Shown: positions 61,691-64,000 of the stretch, piece by piece
Position numbering within the stretch: the stretch's first letter is position 1
Layout: every line of letters begins with the position of its first letter
From: Klebsiella pneumoniae
Lineage (GTDB): Bacteria > Myxococcota_A > UBA796 > SXON01
DNA: 64,000 nucleotides
Assembly (NCBI GenBank): GCA_945862325.1
Contig: CAMAXZ010000012.1
Coordinates: 1 to 64,000, forward strand
Reading direction: 5' to 3'
Position numbers and translations under genes: made by a program
The notes under the pieces: model-generated
What the model was told of the DNA's origin: nothing
Database searches by the model: none
What the model saw: the letters and a program-made list of their open reading frames with translations, nothing else

Positions 61691-63082
61691 CTACTCCGCC
61701 CGCGAGGTGGCGTCAAGGGGAGGTTCGGCGGCCAGCCGCCAACGCTCGCCTGGGAGCGCGCCGAGCTCCGGGTGCGCGTCCTGGAGCTCCGTGAGCGCGT
61801 CGAGCCGGTCGAGGTGGTCCGGCAGGGCGGCGGCGGCCCGCCACGCGGCGCCGATCGCGTCCTGCCCGGCGGGCGCGTCCGCCCGCGCCCGACGATCGCC
61901 CGTTCGGCGTCGAAGGTCGTCCCACGCCCACGGCGCCACCGCGGCCCACGGAGCCTCGCGCGACACGCCGCCGCGCAGGCGAACGTGATCGGGATCTTGC
62001 GCGGCCCAGTCGAACAACGCGGGATCGACCTCCAATTCGAGCGCGACACGCACGGCGACCTCCGCGCGGTGGACCGGCTCGACCGCCGTGGCCACGCGGC
62101 GCGCCGCCGCGAGCGCGGCCACGGCGCCGTCCCGGTCGCCGCGCGCGGCCAGCGCCCGCGCCCGCAGGACTTCGGCCGCGGCGTCCCCCGTGGGGAGCGA
62201 GGCGACGAGCTCCGGTGACGCACCGGCGGGGTCCGCCGCGACGCGGAGCAGCGCATCGAACGGCGTGCCGCCGAGCGCCATGAGGTCGGGCACCCCGCCC
62301 GTCGCCAGCGCGAGCCAGCCGCGATGCAGGCGATCCATCGGTCCGTCGCGGAGGAGCGGCAGGGCGGCGTCGGCGCCCCCCGGCACATCCTGGTACAGCA
62401 CCACCGCGGCGTGCAGGTCGCGGCCGGCCGCCCTCCAGAGCGTGGCGGCCTCCGCGGGCCGCCCGCTCCGCTCCGCGGCCTCTGCGCGCACCCGAGACAA
62501 TGGCGGCGTGACCGTGCCTGCACAGCGCGCCGCGTCTTCGGCCGCGAGGAGGTCTCCGCCCGCGAGCGCGCGCTCGGCGAGGACACGGCACGCGAGCCCG
62601 TCGCCCGGGTCGTCGAGCAGCGCGCCCTCCGCCGCGTCGATCGCCGCCGCGGCGTCATCGCGCCGGAGCGCGACCCGGAGTCGCGCGGCGTCCACGCCGG
62701 GATCCGCTAGCATCGTCAGCGCCGCGTCGACGTCGGCGTTGGCGGCGGCCCACTCCGCGCGCTCTCCTCGCCACCGTGCGGCGCGCTCGGGGGTCGCCGC
62801 CGCCCACTGCGCGAGCGCTCCCCCGTCGGCGGACGACAGGCAGGCCCCGCCGACCGCTCGCGACGACGCGCGCAGGAACGCCCGCCAGTCGTCTTCGCCC
62901 CCGTAGGTGGCGACGGCGTGGCGCGCCGCGGCGCACGCCTCCGCGGCGCGCTCCTCCCGGAGGGCCTGCTCGACGGTCCGCGCCGTCGGCGTGGTCGGCC
63001 CCAGCCGTTGCGCGATCTCCGGGCGCGGATCGACGATCCCCTCGTGCGCTCCGCAGGCGGCCAGCGCGAGGAGGACGATCAC
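61691..63082 (-). CDS. Ala-rich helical (TPR-like) lipoprotein.
   Basis: GTG start overlapping the upstream TGA (GTGA) gives MIVLLALAACGAHEG. The body is Ala/Arg/Asp-rich and helical-repeat-like. Confidence 0.55.
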   Translation of the reverse strand: MIVLLALAACGAHEGIVDPRPEIAQRLGPTTPTARTVEQALREERAAEACAAARHAVATYGGEDDWRAFLRASSRAVGGACLSSADGGALAQWAAATPERAARWRGERAEWAAANADVDAALTMLADPGVDAARLRVALRRDDAAAAIDAAEGALLDDPGDGLACRVLAERALAGGDLLAAEDAARCAGTVTPPLSRVRAEAAERSGRPAEAATLWRAAGRDLHAAVVLYQDVPGGADAALPLLRDGPMDRLHRGWLALATGGVPDLMALGGTPFDALLRVAADPAGASPELVASLPTGDAAAEVLRARALAARGDRDGAVAALAAARRVATAVEPVHRAEVAVRVALELEVDPALFDWAAQDPDHVRLRGGVSREAPWAAVAPWAWDDLRRRTGDRRARADAPAGQDAIGAAWRAAAALPDHLDRLDALTELQDAHPELGALPGERWRLAAEPPLDATSRAE

Positions 63083-64000
63083 CAGGCCTTCGCCTCGGCC
63101 TCGTCGTCCTCTTCCGGCGGCACGTACACGCTGTCCTCGCCGAACGCGCGGCTGGCGTAGAACACGTCGCCGGACCCGAAACGACCGTCGGCCCAGACCG
63201 TCACGATGCGCTCGTTCGCCACGTCGACGTGCACGCTCGACTCGATCGCCCACGAAGAGGCCGGCGCGTTGGAGTTGATGCGGAGGTCGGCGTCCTGGAA
63301 GGTCTTGCCGCCGTCGCCGCTCCAGTTGTAGTACAGGTCGTTGAACCCTTCGTCGGCGTCCGCCCTGCGATCTTCCCAGGTCACAACGACGCCGTTGCCG
63401 ACGGCCGCGATCGACGCGTCGTAGGACTGCGCCTCCCCGGGCACGTCCGTGTCGAGGCGCAGCTCGTCACCGAAGCTGCCCCCCCCGTCGAACGACGCGC
63501 GGTAGTACACGTCGTAGCCTCCGCCGCGATCGTCCTGCCAGACCACGTGCACACGGTCGCCGAAGGCGACGAGATCGGGGTTCAAGGAGTCGTTCTGTCC
63601 GGCGCCGTCCGCGTCGAGGCGCGTCGGCTCGTCCGGCCACGTGGCCCCGCCGTCTTGCGAAGACGCCACGTACACGTCGCGCGCGTCGCCGTTGCGCTCG
63701 TCGTGCCACACGACGTGCACGGCATCACCGGCCATCGCCAGGCGCGGCAGGAAGCTGTTCGTGCCGTCCGAACCGCCGTCCAGGCGCACGTCTTCGTCGA
63801 AGCTGAGGCCGCCGTCGGTGGAGCGCGCGACGTACACGTCGGACGCTCCGTTGCGGCTGTCCTCCCACGCCACGACGACCCGCCCGTCCTTGTCGACCGC
63901 CAGCTCCGCCCACGCCGAGTACCCCTCGCCGGCCGCGTCGCTCTCGACGCGCGTCGCGGTGTCGAGCCAGGAGGCGCCCCCGTCCGACGAGGCTTGCACG
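63079..64000 (-). CDS. BNR/Asp-box repeat (sialidase-fold-like beta-propeller) protein; partial, with its 5' end beyond the window.
   Basis: Five Asp-boxes S-x-D-G-G-x-(S/T)-(W/F): SSDGGASW, STDGGLSF, SQDGGATW, SFDGGGSF and SGDGGKTF. Confidence 0.6.
   Translation of the reverse strand, partial: VQASSDGGASWLDTATRVESDAAGEGYSAWAELAVDKDGRVVVAWEDSRNGASDVYVARSTDGGLSFDEDVRLDGGSDGTNSFLPRLAMAGDAVHVVWHDERNGDARDVYVASSQDGGATWPDEPTRLDADGAGQNDSLNPDLVAFGDRVHVVWQDDRGGGYDVYYRASFDGGGSFGDELRLDTDVPGEAQSYDASIAAVGNGVVVTWEDRRADADEGFNDLYYNWSGDGGKTFQDADLRINSNAPASSWAIESSVHVDVANERIVTVWADGRFGSGDVFYASRAFGEDSVYVPPEEDDEAEAKAW

Overview
This is a high-GC (about 70%) bacterial chromosomal window with dense coding on both strands and no rRNA, tRNA, CRISPR or mobile element that I could recognise. 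The high GC produces many long spurious ORFs in non-coding frames, so calls rest on recognisable protein sequence, signal peptides and start/stop coupling. Overall the window is a housekeeping backbone with two accessory envelope regions inserted into it. The gene content suggests Myxococcota-like ancestry: sigma-54 next to lptAB, giant lipoproteins carrying FG-GAP and Cys-rich CDD..D..VNP repeats (the latter recognised by me as MopE-type putative metal-binding repeats), a DUF1800/DUF1501 pair, and a type-B sdhCAB operon.

Coordinates taken from the ORF track are exact. Positions I derived by hand may be off by one.

Layout:
- 1-12 kb: exported, lipoprotein and membrane genes. These include an SPFH protein, a UbiB/ABC1 kinase, a glutaredoxin-fold protein, an IPT/TIG lipoprotein, an FG-GAP/ASPIC lipoprotein coupled to a three-repeat secreted protein, and a catalytically degenerate signal-peptidase-I homologue.
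- 12-16.5 kb: a sugar ABC importer whose MalE-like binding protein is fused to the MalF-like permease.
- 16.5-34 kb: an accessory envelope locus. It holds three paralogous large polytopic membrane proteins, three membrane-anchored SGNH hydrolases, a membrane-SGNH fusion, a sulfatase-family enzyme, an FGE-like lipoprotein, a GT39/ArnT-like protein, DUF3293 and small coupled ORFs.
- 33.8-38.6 kb: sdhCAB and ndk.
- 38.6-42.6 kb: a four-gene overlap-coupled operon of lipoprotein, DUF1800, Tat-exported DUF1501 and a CXXCH lipoprotein.
- 42.8-47.8 kb: a 1.65-kaa FG-GAP / MopE-like repeat / TSP3-like lipoprotein.
- 47.8-61.6 kb (minus strand): a collinear housekeeping block of rplM-rpsI, kdsB-pyrG, lptA-lptB-rpoN-hpf, metK, citrate synthase-icd-sucC-sucD and a eukaryote-like cyclophilin.

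Most notable observations:
- A small protein ends in the SSB acidic tail ...DDDIPF, preceded by Gly-rich linkers, but has no OB fold.
- A lipoprotein signal peptide lies upstream of the first canonical start codon of the DUF1800/DUF1501 operon, which implies a CTG start.
- The 18-34 kb locus is an uncharacterised envelope-modification gene set.
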